From positions 7,721 through 71,720 of the IMG/VR virus record IMGVR_UViG_3300022602_000076: 64,000 nucleotides of DNA. The stretch is one strand, 5' to 3'. A program made the translations under genes and the position numbers. This document shows positions 27,685 through 38,600 of the stretch, piece after piece. Origin of the DNA: a virus. The notes beneath the pieces were generated by a model, which worked only from the letters and a program-made list of their open reading frames with translations, did not search any database and was not told the origin of the DNA. The stretch's first letter is position 1. Each line of letters starts with the position of its first letter.

Positions 27685-27957
27685 TTATACCAATCCCATG
27701 GCCAAGGCCTTGTAACCAGCAGCTACAACCTTGCGGCTTGGCTTGCCAATTGCGTACTCAGTGACATGAACGCCATTACCGGCCTTACGGCTGTTTGCGT
27801 AAACTGCAAAACCAGCTGAACGGATTCTGCTGGCTTCGGCACTGATGTTCTTGATACCAAAACGCTTCTCAGCCTGAGCTGGAGTGATCTTTTCACCATT
27901 GTGCAAGGCATTGAACAATTTGTAGGTTTTTGTTTTTGGGCTAAAACGAGTAATCAT
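27685..27957 (-). CDS. Small winged helix-turn-helix DNA-binding protein
   Basis: GEKITPAQAEKRFGIKNISAEASRIRSAGFAVY. Confidence 0.7.
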   Translation of the reverse strand: MITRFSPKTKTYKLFNALHNGEKITPAQAEKRFGIKNISAEASRIRSAGFAVYANSRKAGNGVHVTEYAIGKPSRKVVAAGYKALAMGLV

Positions 27958-28099
27958 AATTTAAGTTTCCTTTTCTAAAGTTTAAAAATAACTGTTTACT
28001 AACAGTATGACTCTAGTTTAACACGAGTGTAACACAGAACGCAACAGTTTTAGAACACAGTTTAACCATAAATAACATAAAAGGCTAACAAGGATCCCA

Positions 28100-31000
28100 A
28101 TGGCAATAACCTATTTTACTACAACCGCGGTACAGACCTACGCTGCCAACAATGCGGTGACCTTAACTAATCTTTCAAACATATTTCCAGGAATGTCCAT
28201 AGTATTTTCTGGAAATGTTTTTGGAAACATCGCCAGCAACACTCAATATTATGTGAGCAATGTGGTTAGTCAATCCAGTATCACTATCAGTAATAGCGTC
28301 GGCGGATTCAACACTATTTTAGCAAACGGCACAGGCAATCTAACAGCTACTTTGAGCACTGGCGGACAAGCTCAGATCAACACAGGTGCAATACCCAATG
28401 ACGGCACCGGCGATCCTTTGCGAACTGCCTTCACAGAAACCAACCTAAATTTTGACCAAATCTATGCTGCTGGTCCAGTTGGTTCCAATGTTCAAATCAC
28501 AAACAACACAATTTTAACCACAAATACCAATGGTAATTTGATTCTAAGTCCCAATGGCATTGGCAATGTTATTTCCAATGCACATGTTATTCCTGATCAA
28601 TCTCGTATTAGAAACCTAGGAGCACCCAACCTACTGTGGCTGGGTGTCTATGCTCAAACTGCCAACATCGCAAGCAATGTAGCTATCGGCGGTGACATGC
28701 TGATTTCCGGCAATTTACAAGTTAATGGCAATTTGACCTACATTGATTCCAATGTGGTTGAAATCAAAGATAAAAATATCACTTTGGCATATGGATCACC
28801 CAACGCACAGGTTGCTGATGGTGGTGGTATCACCATTGCTGGTGCCAACGCAGAAATGTACTACAACTATGCTGGCAACAATTGGACATTTAACCTGCCA
28901 ATTGCCACTGCCAACATTGTTTTCCCAGACGGCAGTGTACTAGATACTGCCAACACTGTGCACATTGGCAATACAGCCCTGAACAAAGGCGATGGCAATC
29001 TATGGTGGAACAGCAATGATGGCCGCGGCTATGTAAAATACAACAATCAATGGCTGGAGTTCAGCCCACCTGTTATCCCCAATCCTGCCGTCTATCTCGG
29101 CAACTTGACCATAGATGGTGATAATAATAGCACATTATATTTCCCACCAGATGGCAACATTGTGTTTGGTGATGGTACTATTCAAGACACTGCATTTACT
29201 GGCTCGGCCAATGTGGACTTTACAAACATTGCCAGCAATATTATTCCAGCAACCAACAATACCTACAGTTTGGGCAATGCTACCAATCAATGGGCCAGTG
29301 TTTATGTTGGTGCCAATACTCTATATCTCAACAATGTGCCAGTGGGTGTCACAGGCAACACTCTAACAGTAAACGGAGCCAATGTGGTCACTGCAGCCAA
29401 CGGCACTGTGACTGGAAACAATATCAGTGTAACAGGCAATGTCACTGCCAATGCAATTACACTAAAGAACACGGATGATTTTGCTCAGATTGTGTTCAGC
29501 AATGATGGTGGTTCTACCAACAACGGTCAGATCAAAGTGGATGGTGGCACTAACATGGTTGTCAGTGCCAACAACAATTTTTATGTCAAGCGAGTTGGTC
29601 AAGACAGAATAGCCATAACTGATACCACCGCTGATTTCATGGCCGCAACCAATGTGCGTATACAAAGTAACAAAACTGGTAACACCAATACTTGGACATT
29701 TGATAGTTCAGGTAATTTATCTTTACCAGGAGCAGTTAATTATCAAGTTTCAGGCTTAGGCAATAGCGGACATTTTGACATCAACAGTTGGTATCCTGTA
29801 AACATCAGTACAGGTGATAGCGTCGACGAGGCTATATCAACTTGGAATTTTGGTTACAACGGCACATTAACCTTGCCTGGCAATATTGTGATGGGTGGCG
29901 GCAACTCTATAGTACTAGATTCCAGCACCGGCAATGCTTATATTGCTCAAACCATGGGCTTGCAAATTGCAGGTGAAGGTGGAATAAGCCTTATAGTCAA
30001 CGACGGCGAAGGTGATTTCAACACTGTTGGGATTGATGTCTACGGCAATATCCAAACTCCTGGCAGTATCACTGCCACTAGTATTTCTGCCAGTGGTAAT
30101 GTAACTGGTGGCAATGTGCTGGCTGGTGGATTGTATACCACTGCCATATCAGCCACGGCCATGGTCTATGTTGACAGCACTGGCAAACTCACTGGCGATG
30201 CTGCTGGATTATCCACTGATGGCAACGGTAACTTGTCTGCTTACGGCACTGTGACAGCCGCAGGACTGAATACATCATTGTTGAATCTTGGCAACACTGT
30301 GGCCGGCCCTGCAGCTGGTGGTGCCAGCGACAAGATAACCATTTATGACTTTTATAATCCTTCACAATTCAACTATGCCATTGGTGCAGAGTCCAGTAAT
30401 CTGTGGTTTGGAGTGGATCAAGTAGAATCTGGTGTGGGATTCAACTTCTATGGTGGCAATACCTTGGCAGCTCGCATTGATTCAACTGGTAATGTGACTG
30501 GCACAAACTTTGTGGGTAATGTGATTGGCAGCAACGGTAATTCTGTTGGTATAAACAGTTTTTATGCCAACGGATCTTCTGCAGTTAGTTTTGCTATTGG
30601 AGCCAATGGCAATGTAAATATCCAAACTTACCAGGGTGCTGGATTAGCGGGTGTATGGACATTTGACAACACAGGTAATTTGAACTTGCCAGCCAATGGT
30701 GACATCAACATGACCAGCGCCAGTTCTTTATTGAATGTTGGTGGAACTATAACCAGTTACGGCAATACCAATAGCACAGCATTTGCGGTGGTGGGCAACG
30801 GAGCAGCCAGTAATGTTGCACTGGGATTCTTCCCCACAGGCAATACACCAGCTGAAATGGCTATTCGTGACTACTCAACTGCCAATAGCACAATGTATTT
30901 TGATACTACCATTGGCAGTGCCAATACCGGAGGATCATTCCAATTCCGTGGTAGTAGTTCATATACTCCTTATGCTAACATCTCCCAATACGGTGTTCAA

Positions 31001-31423
31001 ACACCAACTACACCGGCCTTCCGTGTGTATGGAAATGGCGTAACCGGTGGATTGAACATCACAACCAACGGCACTGGTATCTTGAACGGCAACAACTGGG
31101 CAGTAGACTACAATCAAGGCGGGTACTTGAATAGCACCACAGGAGTGTTTACTGCTCCTATTGCTGGTTTATATCAAGTTAACCTTGTGGCTCGTGTGGC
31201 CAATAATCTTGCACCGCAGGCCCAGGCGGTTGTTATAAAGAACAACGCCACTACTCCGGTGAATCAAGCCATGTGGGAGGTGGCCGCAAACTGCACCACC
31301 AATCACTTTGGTGTAAGCACCACATCAAAACTAGCAGTAGGTGATACGCTTACACTCAAAGTTGCCTTGGGGAATGTTACTTTCGATGCCAACGACAACT
31401 GGTCGGTAGCGTTCTTGGGTTAA
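28100..31423 (+). CDS. Long tail fibre with C-terminal C1q-like domain
   Basis: INTGAIPNDGTGDPLRTAF anchor; WxFDxxGNLxLP repeats; PAFRV...TGVFTAPIAGLYQV...LAVGD C1q signature; TAAATA upstream. Confidence 0.8.
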   Translation: MAITYFTTTAVQTYAANNAVTLTNLSNIFPGMSIVFSGNVFGNIASNTQYYVSNVVSQSSITISNSVGGFNTILANGTGNLTATLSTGGQAQINTGAIPNDGTGDPLRTAFTETNLNFDQIYAAGPVGSNVQITNNTILTTNTNGNLILSPNGIGNVISNAHVIPDQSRIRNLGAPNLLWLGVYAQTANIASNVAIGGDMLISGNLQVNGNLTYIDSNVVEIKDKNITLAYGSPNAQVADGGGITIAGANAEMYYNYAGNNWTFNLPIATANIVFPDGSVLDTANTVHIGNTALNKGDGNLWWNSNDGRGYVKYNNQWLEFSPPVIPNPAVYLGNLTIDGDNNSTLYFPPDGNIVFGDGTIQDTAFTGSANVDFTNIASNIIPATNNTYSLGNATNQWASVYVGANTLYLNNVPVGVTGNTLTVNGANVVTAANGTVTGNNISVTGNVTANAITLKNTDDFAQIVFSNDGGSTNNGQIKVDGGTNMVVSANNNFYVKRVGQDRIAITDTTADFMAATNVRIQSNKTGNTNTWTFDSSGNLSLPGAVNYQVSGLGNSGHFDINSWYPVNISTGDSVDEAISTWNFGYNGTLTLPGNIVMGGGNSIVLDSSTGNAYIAQTMGLQIAGEGGISLIVNDGEGDFNTVGIDVYGNIQTPGSITATSISASGNVTGGNVLAGGLYTTAISATAMVYVDSTGKLTGDAAGLSTDGNGNLSAYGTVTAAGLNTSLLNLGNTVAGPAAGGASDKITIYDFYNPSQFNYAIGAESSNLWFGVDQVESGVGFNFYGGNTLAARIDSTGNVTGTNFVGNVIGSNGNSVGINSFYANGSSAVSFAIGANGNVNIQTYQGAGLAGVWTFDNTGNLNLPANGDINMTSASSLLNVGGTITSYGNTNSTAFAVVGNGAASNVALGFFPTGNTPAEMAIRDYSTANSTMYFDTTIGSANTGGSFQFRGSSSYTPYANISQYGVQTPTTPAFRVYGNGVTGGLNITTNGTGILNGNNWAVDYNQGGYLNSTTGVFTAPIAGLYQVNLVARVANNLAPQAQAVVIKNNATTPVNQAMWEVAANCTTNHFGVSTTSKLAVGDTLTLKVALGNVTFDANDNWSVAFLG

Positions 31424-31457
31424 CTTTACGGTAAATATAACAACAGGACATGAACAA

Positions 31458-31658
31458 ATGATTTTGATGCCAACAAATCCAACAGTAGGACAACAGTATG
31501 TTGCTCAAAATACTGTGACTTACGAATGGACTGGTGATCGTTGGAGCGCAGCGATACCATTGCAGAATGGAACGGCAGTGTTTGCCGTCAACAACGGTGG
31601 GCCTGATTTTGTTTACGACCCATATTTAGACACAATAATCGACGGAGGCTCAGCCTAA
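31458..31658 (+). CDS. Small tail-fibre-associated protein
   Basis: PTNPTVGQQY...TYEWTGDRW...IDGGSA; TAAATA upstream. Confidence 0.65.
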   Translation: MILMPTNPTVGQQYVAQNTVTYEWTGDRWSAAIPLQNGTAVFAVNNGGPDFVYDPYLDTIIDGGSA

Positions 31659-34600
31659 ATGACAACAAGAATTCAACTACGACGCGGAACATCAACTGCG
31701 TGGACCACAGACAATCCAGTGCTAGCATTAGGCGAAGCTGGCATAGAAACAAACACACAGTTATGGAAAGTAGGCGACGGAACTACTGCTTGGAATTCAT
31801 TGCCATACATGTCAGGCGGCGGTGGTACTCCTACACACATTCAAGATGGCACAACCACTGTGGCCATTGATGGCCCCAGCGGCAATGTTTACATTCAGGT
31901 AGACGACAATCCAATTTGGACTTTTGATACTAATTCTACTTTTACTGCTCCTGGTACTATAATTGCACAGGAACTAGATGCTGGTGATTATACCAATGGC
32001 ACACCCGGAGACGCATATTTTCATTCCAATGTCAGCGGAACCACCATAGGCGTCACTGCTGCCGGTGGAATCACTGTGGCCAACACTGGAATTTCAATTG
32101 GCAGCACTGGTACTGTAGCAATTACTCCTAACAGCGCTGACGGACTTACTTGGTCTTTTACTGACGGGGGTTCTAATGTTAGTCTGCTGACTGCTCCGCA
32201 AAGTGATGACGCAAACATTGGCGGTATTATATTACCGGGTGCTGCTGGACAAGGCTTTATAGGTTGGATTGGTGCTAATCCTGATTCTGATACACAATTT
32301 GCTAATACTTTATTCATTGACAGTTCAAACACAGTAACTATCGGTACTAATTTTGGTATGGGCCTTGGTAATGTAGGTTGGGTATTTGATCCTACTGGCA
32401 ACTTAACACTTCCCGCAGGTGCCGTTATTAGTGACACCAATGCTGATGGTATTGGATTAACTGTGGCCAACCCACCTGTGTCCATAACTCTGTCAGGTGC
32501 AGATCATGCACCCTGCAACGGAACTTACACACAAGTGGTAGGATATCAACAGTCCGGCTTGCCAACTTGGTACAAGTCCGGAGATTACACCAGTCAACAA
32601 TACATTGTTTACAATTCAGGTGCTAATCAATGGCAAGCTGTTACCACAGACATAAACACCAATCCAATTTATATCAACACAGGAAGTGAGTATTTTCCAT
32701 TGGCGCAATGGGCACCTGGCTACAGTGGCGGCCCGTATCCCACTGGCACTTACACATATTCAAATCCTGCCTGGACTTTTGATACTGCTGGCAACTTGAC
32801 ATTACCAGGAAATACATCCAGCATCAACTATGCCAATGGTCAACCTTACGGTGGCAACGGAGGATCCGGAAATTCTAACACAATTTTCAATGGCACCAGC
32901 AATGTTTCAATACCTACCGCAAGTGCAAATGTGTTGATTAACATACAAGGAAACGCCGGAACAAAAACTTGGAACTTTGATTCAACTGGCGATTTGACTA
33001 TACCTGACAATGGTACAATCAGCGTCAACAGTGGTAACTTGTATCTAATACCTGACAACACCGGCGCAGTTGTGATTCAAACAGCTGGTGTATCAAATGT
33101 GCTATTGAATTTGCAAAGTTTGGCTGCTAATAGTCAAAACAGAATGCAGATAGACACATTTGGCAACGGGCTTGGCCTAAACGGCGGAGGAACTTTTATT
33201 GGTTCATACCTAAGACCCAGCGGTGCCATGCAAAACGGTGATAGACTTGCACAGTTTGGTGGTCGAGGATCTTTTGACGGGGTTAATTTACAACCAGGCG
33301 CACCTGCTGGACACATTGATATCAAAGCTGATGCACCTTGGACTGCTAACAATACTCCAACCCGCATAGCTTTTTGGAATACACAAGTAGGAAGTTCATC
33401 ACCAACACAAACTGCTCAACTTACCAGCAACGGTAATCTTCAAATATTCCAAGGCAATGTTATTGTCAGCAGCGGTGCAGGATACTTTGTTGGTGAGCTC
33501 GACACTGGTAACACTGCGTTACAGGCTGGAATCTACGGGTACACTTCACTGGGTTCCAATGTGGTTGCACAGTTTTCTGCCAATGTAGACAACTATGCTC
33601 AAATCAATTTCCAAAACATCAGCTCAGGCAACAGTGCCAGTACTGACTATATTTTAACTGCCGACAACGGCACTGATTCCACCTACTATCTTGACCTGGG
33701 CATGAACGGCAGCAATCACTACGATCCTGTGTTCTTTGGTGACACTACAACTGCCAACGATGGATATCTGTATGTTACAGGTGCCAGTGAAACAGGCCCG
33801 GGTGATGGTGCTGCTGGTAACTTGATCTTGGGCAGTACCAACGGTGTGGTCAAACTGTTTGTGGGCAACACTGCTCAGGCCAATGTTGTGACTACTTTGA
33901 GTACCACAGGCATGGAAGTCAACGGTAATATCACTACCACAGGTACAACAGGAAATATCACCGGTGCCAATGTAATTTCGGCCCAGACTTATACCAGCCC
34001 TGGCAATGTAACAATAGCTAGTTCTAATACCACAATACTGTTTGATTCTTATGACAACATGTATTTCAGCTTTGCTGGCAACAGTCTAGGAAGTATTGGA
34101 TTTGACGCTACCACTGACTTTTATATCAGTCCGAACGGCAATACTTTTATACAAAGTGCGTTGGGCGTAAATGGAAATATATCCACCACCGGCAATATCA
34201 TAGGTGCTTACTTGTATGGCAATGGATCAAATATCACTGGACTACCGGCCACTTATGGCAATGCCAATGTGGCTACATTTTTGGCAAACTTTGGTGCCAA
34301 TAATTTCAGTTCTACAGGCAATATTACTGCCAACAATGTCAGCGCTGGCACATACACCAATAGCAATGCCAATGTGCTGATTACTACCACGGTATCTGGT
34401 GATACTTCTACCATAACTTTTGATCAATACAACGACATATATTTTGCCTGGAATGGCAACAGTGTGGGCAGTATTGGATTTGATGCCACCAGCGACTTTT
34501 ATATCAGTCCGTCAGGCAATACTATTATACAAAGTCTATTGAGTGTGACTGGCAGCATCAACACCAGTGCTAATGTCACAGGTGGCAATTTAATAAGTGG

Positions 34601-35594
34601 TCGAGTAGTTGGCACGGGTAACTTACACCTACAACCAGATCCTTCTAACTCCAGTGCATATTTGGATGTTTACTTGACCTCAGGTCCTGATGTGCACATT
34701 GCAGGCAATGGAGAAAATCTCATACTTGGCGGAGATTCTACTGCCAATGTCACTGTCAATACCGTTGGTAATGTGACCATACAAAGCTGGAACGGATCAG
34801 CCCATACATGGAACTTTGGCAACGATGGATCAATGACTGCGCCTGGTTCTGTTACTGCAACTGCATTTGATGTAGGAAGTTCAACTGTTTACGAAGACAC
34901 TAGTTTGATTCTTCAAGGCGGCACTTCAATTTCAATCACATCACCTAATGACACAACTGTAACGGCTGCTTCAGAAAACTTTGTGTTTGACACTGGCGGT
35001 AATTTAACAGTGCCTTCTACTCTCAATGCCAGCAGTGTGTTTACTTCAGGATCTGGTGGCGATATTGCTATGACTGGTGGCAATATCACTGGTGCAAACA
35101 TAATCACTGCCAATGGAGTCAGTTCAACTGCCAATGTCACATTGACCAGCAATGGCAATAGTTGGGTGTTTAGATCCAATGGCAATATCACATTCCCAGA
35201 CTCCAGTGTTCAAACCACTGCTTATCAAACTGTTAGATCTGGATTTAATGCAGTTAATCCTATTGTACAAATGGATAATGTGCAATTTGCCCTAGACAAC
35301 AGTGGCAATCCTACAGTGGCAGCAGTATCAGGTACTTGGTCTGGACCATATACCATACAGGCACAATTATGGAACGGCAGCAATTATCCGTTGACCACAT
35401 TTGGCAGCAACGCAGCCACATGGACAAGCATAGCTGGCTACGGATTTGGTGTGACTTTTGCCAATGCAGGAGATCAAGTGGTTGGATATTTTACCAACAC
35501 CGATGCTGGGCATATTTACAAAACTACCTGGATTGCCAGTCCTTCTGGTGCAGCCAGTGGGTATGGATTTATTCAAGTTGAACGATTAGTTTAA
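31659..35594 (+). CDS. Tail fibre with Mtd-N-like (major tropism determinant) N-terminal domain
   Basis: RIQLRRGTSTAWTTDNPVLALGEAGIETNT..KVGDGTTAWNSLPY. Confidence 0.8.
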   Translation: MTTRIQLRRGTSTAWTTDNPVLALGEAGIETNTQLWKVGDGTTAWNSLPYMSGGGGTPTHIQDGTTTVAIDGPSGNVYIQVDDNPIWTFDTNSTFTAPGTIIAQELDAGDYTNGTPGDAYFHSNVSGTTIGVTAAGGITVANTGISIGSTGTVAITPNSADGLTWSFTDGGSNVSLLTAPQSDDANIGGIILPGAAGQGFIGWIGANPDSDTQFANTLFIDSSNTVTIGTNFGMGLGNVGWVFDPTGNLTLPAGAVISDTNADGIGLTVANPPVSITLSGADHAPCNGTYTQVVGYQQSGLPTWYKSGDYTSQQYIVYNSGANQWQAVTTDINTNPIYINTGSEYFPLAQWAPGYSGGPYPTGTYTYSNPAWTFDTAGNLTLPGNTSSINYANGQPYGGNGGSGNSNTIFNGTSNVSIPTASANVLINIQGNAGTKTWNFDSTGDLTIPDNGTISVNSGNLYLIPDNTGAVVIQTAGVSNVLLNLQSLAANSQNRMQIDTFGNGLGLNGGGTFIGSYLRPSGAMQNGDRLAQFGGRGSFDGVNLQPGAPAGHIDIKADAPWTANNTPTRIAFWNTQVGSSSPTQTAQLTSNGNLQIFQGNVIVSSGAGYFVGELDTGNTALQAGIYGYTSLGSNVVAQFSANVDNYAQINFQNISSGNSASTDYILTADNGTDSTYYLDLGMNGSNHYDPVFFGDTTTANDGYLYVTGASETGPGDGAAGNLILGSTNGVVKLFVGNTAQANVVTTLSTTGMEVNGNITTTGTTGNITGANVISAQTYTSPGNVTIASSNTTILFDSYDNMYFSFAGNSLGSIGFDATTDFYISPNGNTFIQSALGVNGNISTTGNIIGAYLYGNGSNITGLPATYGNANVATFLANFGANNFSSTGNITANNVSAGTYTNSNANVLITTTVSGDTSTITFDQYNDIYFAWNGNSVGSIGFDATSDFYISPSGNTIIQSLLSVTGSINTSANVTGGNLISGRVVGTGNLHLQPDPSNSSAYLDVYLTSGPDVHIAGNGENLILGGDSTANVTVNTVGNVTIQSWNGSAHTWNFGNDGSMTAPGSVTATAFDVGSSTVYEDTSLILQGGTSISITSPNDTTVTAASENFVFDTGGNLTVPSTLNASSVFTSGSGGDIAMTGGNITGANIITANGVSSTANVTLTSNGNSWVFRSNGNITFPDSSVQTTAYQTVRSGFNAVNPIVQMDNVQFALDNSGNPTVAAVSGTWSGPYTIQAQLWNGSNYPLTTFGSNAATWTSIAGYGFGVTFANAGDQVVGYFTNTDAGHIYKTTWIASPSGAASGYGFIQVERLV

Positions 35595-35610
35595 AAATTA
35601 AAGGTTATAA

Positions 35611-38600
35611 ATGGCACTAGTAATAGAAGGCGGAATTTCAATAGGTGGTAATATTACTATTACTTCTGAAAATATTACCCCTGAAACGGATCTTGTATTG
35701 TTCTATGATGCTGGCAACAGCATGAGTTTTAATGGAACAGGGTCAACATTCAATACTGCTTTTACTGGACAACTAGTTAACAGTGGATATTACGCAAATG
35801 TCATCGTTGATTTGTCTATCTTGTCTGGTGGTGCAGGTAATGCTGGTAATTTAACAGGTGAATCCGGTAATACTGCCACTTGGACCAGCCAAGGTGTTGC
35901 CAGTTACTGGTCATTTGATGCCGGCAGTAATCAATACATTGACAGCACATGGCAGGCCAGCAATGTTGGAGCCAGCAGTGCTCCAACATTAAACTCACCA
36001 ACTTATACCATACTAGCAGTGGCTCGCCCACAGGACTTTAACAATGGTGCTATTGTGGGTGGTGATCAAAATATATTTGCTTTTGGTCCAAATGGCGGAT
36101 TAAACGACGGTCCAACTTTAGCAGCTGCAAACGGGTATGGACCGCCTGCTGTAATAGATACCACAACTCAATTTGAAACTGATACTTGGTATTGTGTGGC
36201 AGTGACCTATGATGCTGGCGATGGCACAATGAAACTGTATACCAACGGTAACTTGGTCGCTACTGCTACCAGTGTGCCTTCTATCGACCATCCCACAGGT
36301 CTATATTGGGGCACACTAGAAGGCGATCTTTGGTTCACTGGTGATCTATCAGTGGCCATGGTCTGGGAGCGTGCGATAAGTGCTGACGAAATTTCACAAT
36401 TCTCCACTGCATTCCTGAGTCGTTATGTAACACCAGCCGCAACAAGCTCTGCAGTGTTTACTACTCCTTATGTAGGCGGTCCTCCTGCGACATTTACAGT
36501 GCCCGAAGGTGTCACCTCAATCAGTGTAGTGGCTGTGGGCGCAGGTGGCGGCGGTACCACTGATGGATACTCACCACCAGGCACAGACTCAGTGATGCTA
36601 CGAGCCGACAACTATGTCTACGCCAATACCACATATACTGGAACCAGCAACACTATCTGGATTGACGGAACAGCCAATCCCAATATTGCCAATGTCACAG
36701 GTGATGGTACCTGGATAGTAGGCGGCTCTGACATAGGATATCCGGCCAGTTCTGTGCCTGGGTGGGATCTAGTGACCAGTGTGAATTCTGGCAATGTCAG
36801 CAATGTGGTTATCACCATCAACAAATCCATCACAACTACAGCAGGAGATAATTTCTTCTTCTATCAAGCAGTGGCAGCTGCCGAAGGCGGCCTTGAAATC
36901 GACAACTATTTTTACAATCAAGCCAATCTTAATCCAGGAGGTAGCAATTTACCACTAGGACCAGGTTCATCAGCACTGGCTTTGGTCACTGATGGACCTT
37001 ACGGCAACGGTGGTGTGGTTGACTGGACCGCAGAGTATCCTGTTGGTGGTGGAGGTGCAGGTGGTTATGGTATTGACGGACTTGCCTGGAATATTGATCA
37101 TGCTGGATCATGGATTCAAAATGGCAATGTAGATAGTGGATATCATACCTTGAACTTTAGCAATAACAATTTGACAGTGACTGCCTTGGTGGACATAGGA
37201 ACCGGTGCAGCCAATCAAGAATGTCAGGTCTTAGGAACTTCAACAGTGGCTCTGGGCAATGCTAAAATCATGTATTCAGTGGTGGTCAATCATGCATCTG
37301 GTATAGGCTACACTGGCGTAGGACTATCCAACTACTATGAAAATTTACAAAATTACACAGGTTGCAGCGACAACAGCATAGGTTACTACGATGATGGGCA
37401 AGTGTTTATCAATGGTACCAATGTGGGCAACTGTGCACCATTTGTCACAGGCAATGTTGTGGACATAGCAGTGGATCTGGGTCTTGAACGAGTCTGGTTC
37501 AGAGCCGACGGAGGCAGCTGGAACAACAACGGAACTGCTGATCCTGCCGCTGGCACAGGCGGCCTGGATATTTCTACTGTGATTGCTCAGGGTTACCCGC
37601 TGACCCTGGCTGCAAGTCCTTGGTACAATGACGATACCTCTGGTGTTGATTCAATTTCAATTGCCACTATATCTTATTGGTCAACACCTTCGGGATTCAC
37701 CTTTATTCCTGGTGTGGCCAGTGCAGGTGGCACAGGTGGCCAGGGCGCCAGTTACTATGCAGGAAACAACACCGACGGCACAGGTGGTGCTGGTGCAGGT
37801 GGAGGCGGTCTCTATGAAAATACCGGAGCAGGCGGTTCTGGCACCAGCCTTTATGGGCGTGGGTTAAATGGCGTAGCAGGCAGTTTTGCCCCATATGGAT
37901 CACCAGACAATTCAGTTTCTACTGCAAGCACTGGCGGAAGTCCGCTATTCTCTTTGGATGGCAATGGTGGACAAGCCACACCCTGGAATGGCGGTCGTGG
38001 TGGTTGGCCAGGTGGTGGTGGCGGTAGTGGCCTGGATTATTACATGGCCGGCAACGGTGGCGCACTGGCCTATCGCAACAACTATGCTGTCACACCAGGA
38101 CAACAATTTATTATCAGTCCAGGACTAGGCGCTCAAGGACAATTTGGAGGTGGATCAGGATCCAACGGTGCTATTCGTATTGTATGGCCGGGTGATACAC
38201 GCCAATTTCCTAGTACCAATGTTGGACCTGACACAGTGGTAGTACCAACACTAGATATCACTGCACACGATTTGCCAAGTGGGAATCCCATTGGACAAAT
38301 AACATTTAACATCAACAGTACCGGCGGTAGTACCATACTTGAAGCCGGGGTTGTTTGGGGATTACCAGGACAAGCCACATACTCAGCTAGCACAGATATT
38401 TGCAGTGGATCAAGTAGCACTGCACAAAGAAAAGCTGTAAGAGATGGAGACAGTTGCTCAAATCCTTTTACCACAGGATTAACTGGAAGTCAAACTATCA
38501 ACTTTGATGCTTACGAATTTAACAATGAAGAAATACAAGTTCGTGCTTATGCTCGAAACAGCGCAGGAGTTGCTTATAGTGCCACCACACTGACTTGGAC

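Noticed and set aside
31659-35594. Diversity-generating retroelement suggested by the Mtd-like N-terminus
   Set aside because: No reverse transcriptase and no adenine-variable TR/VR pair seen in the window
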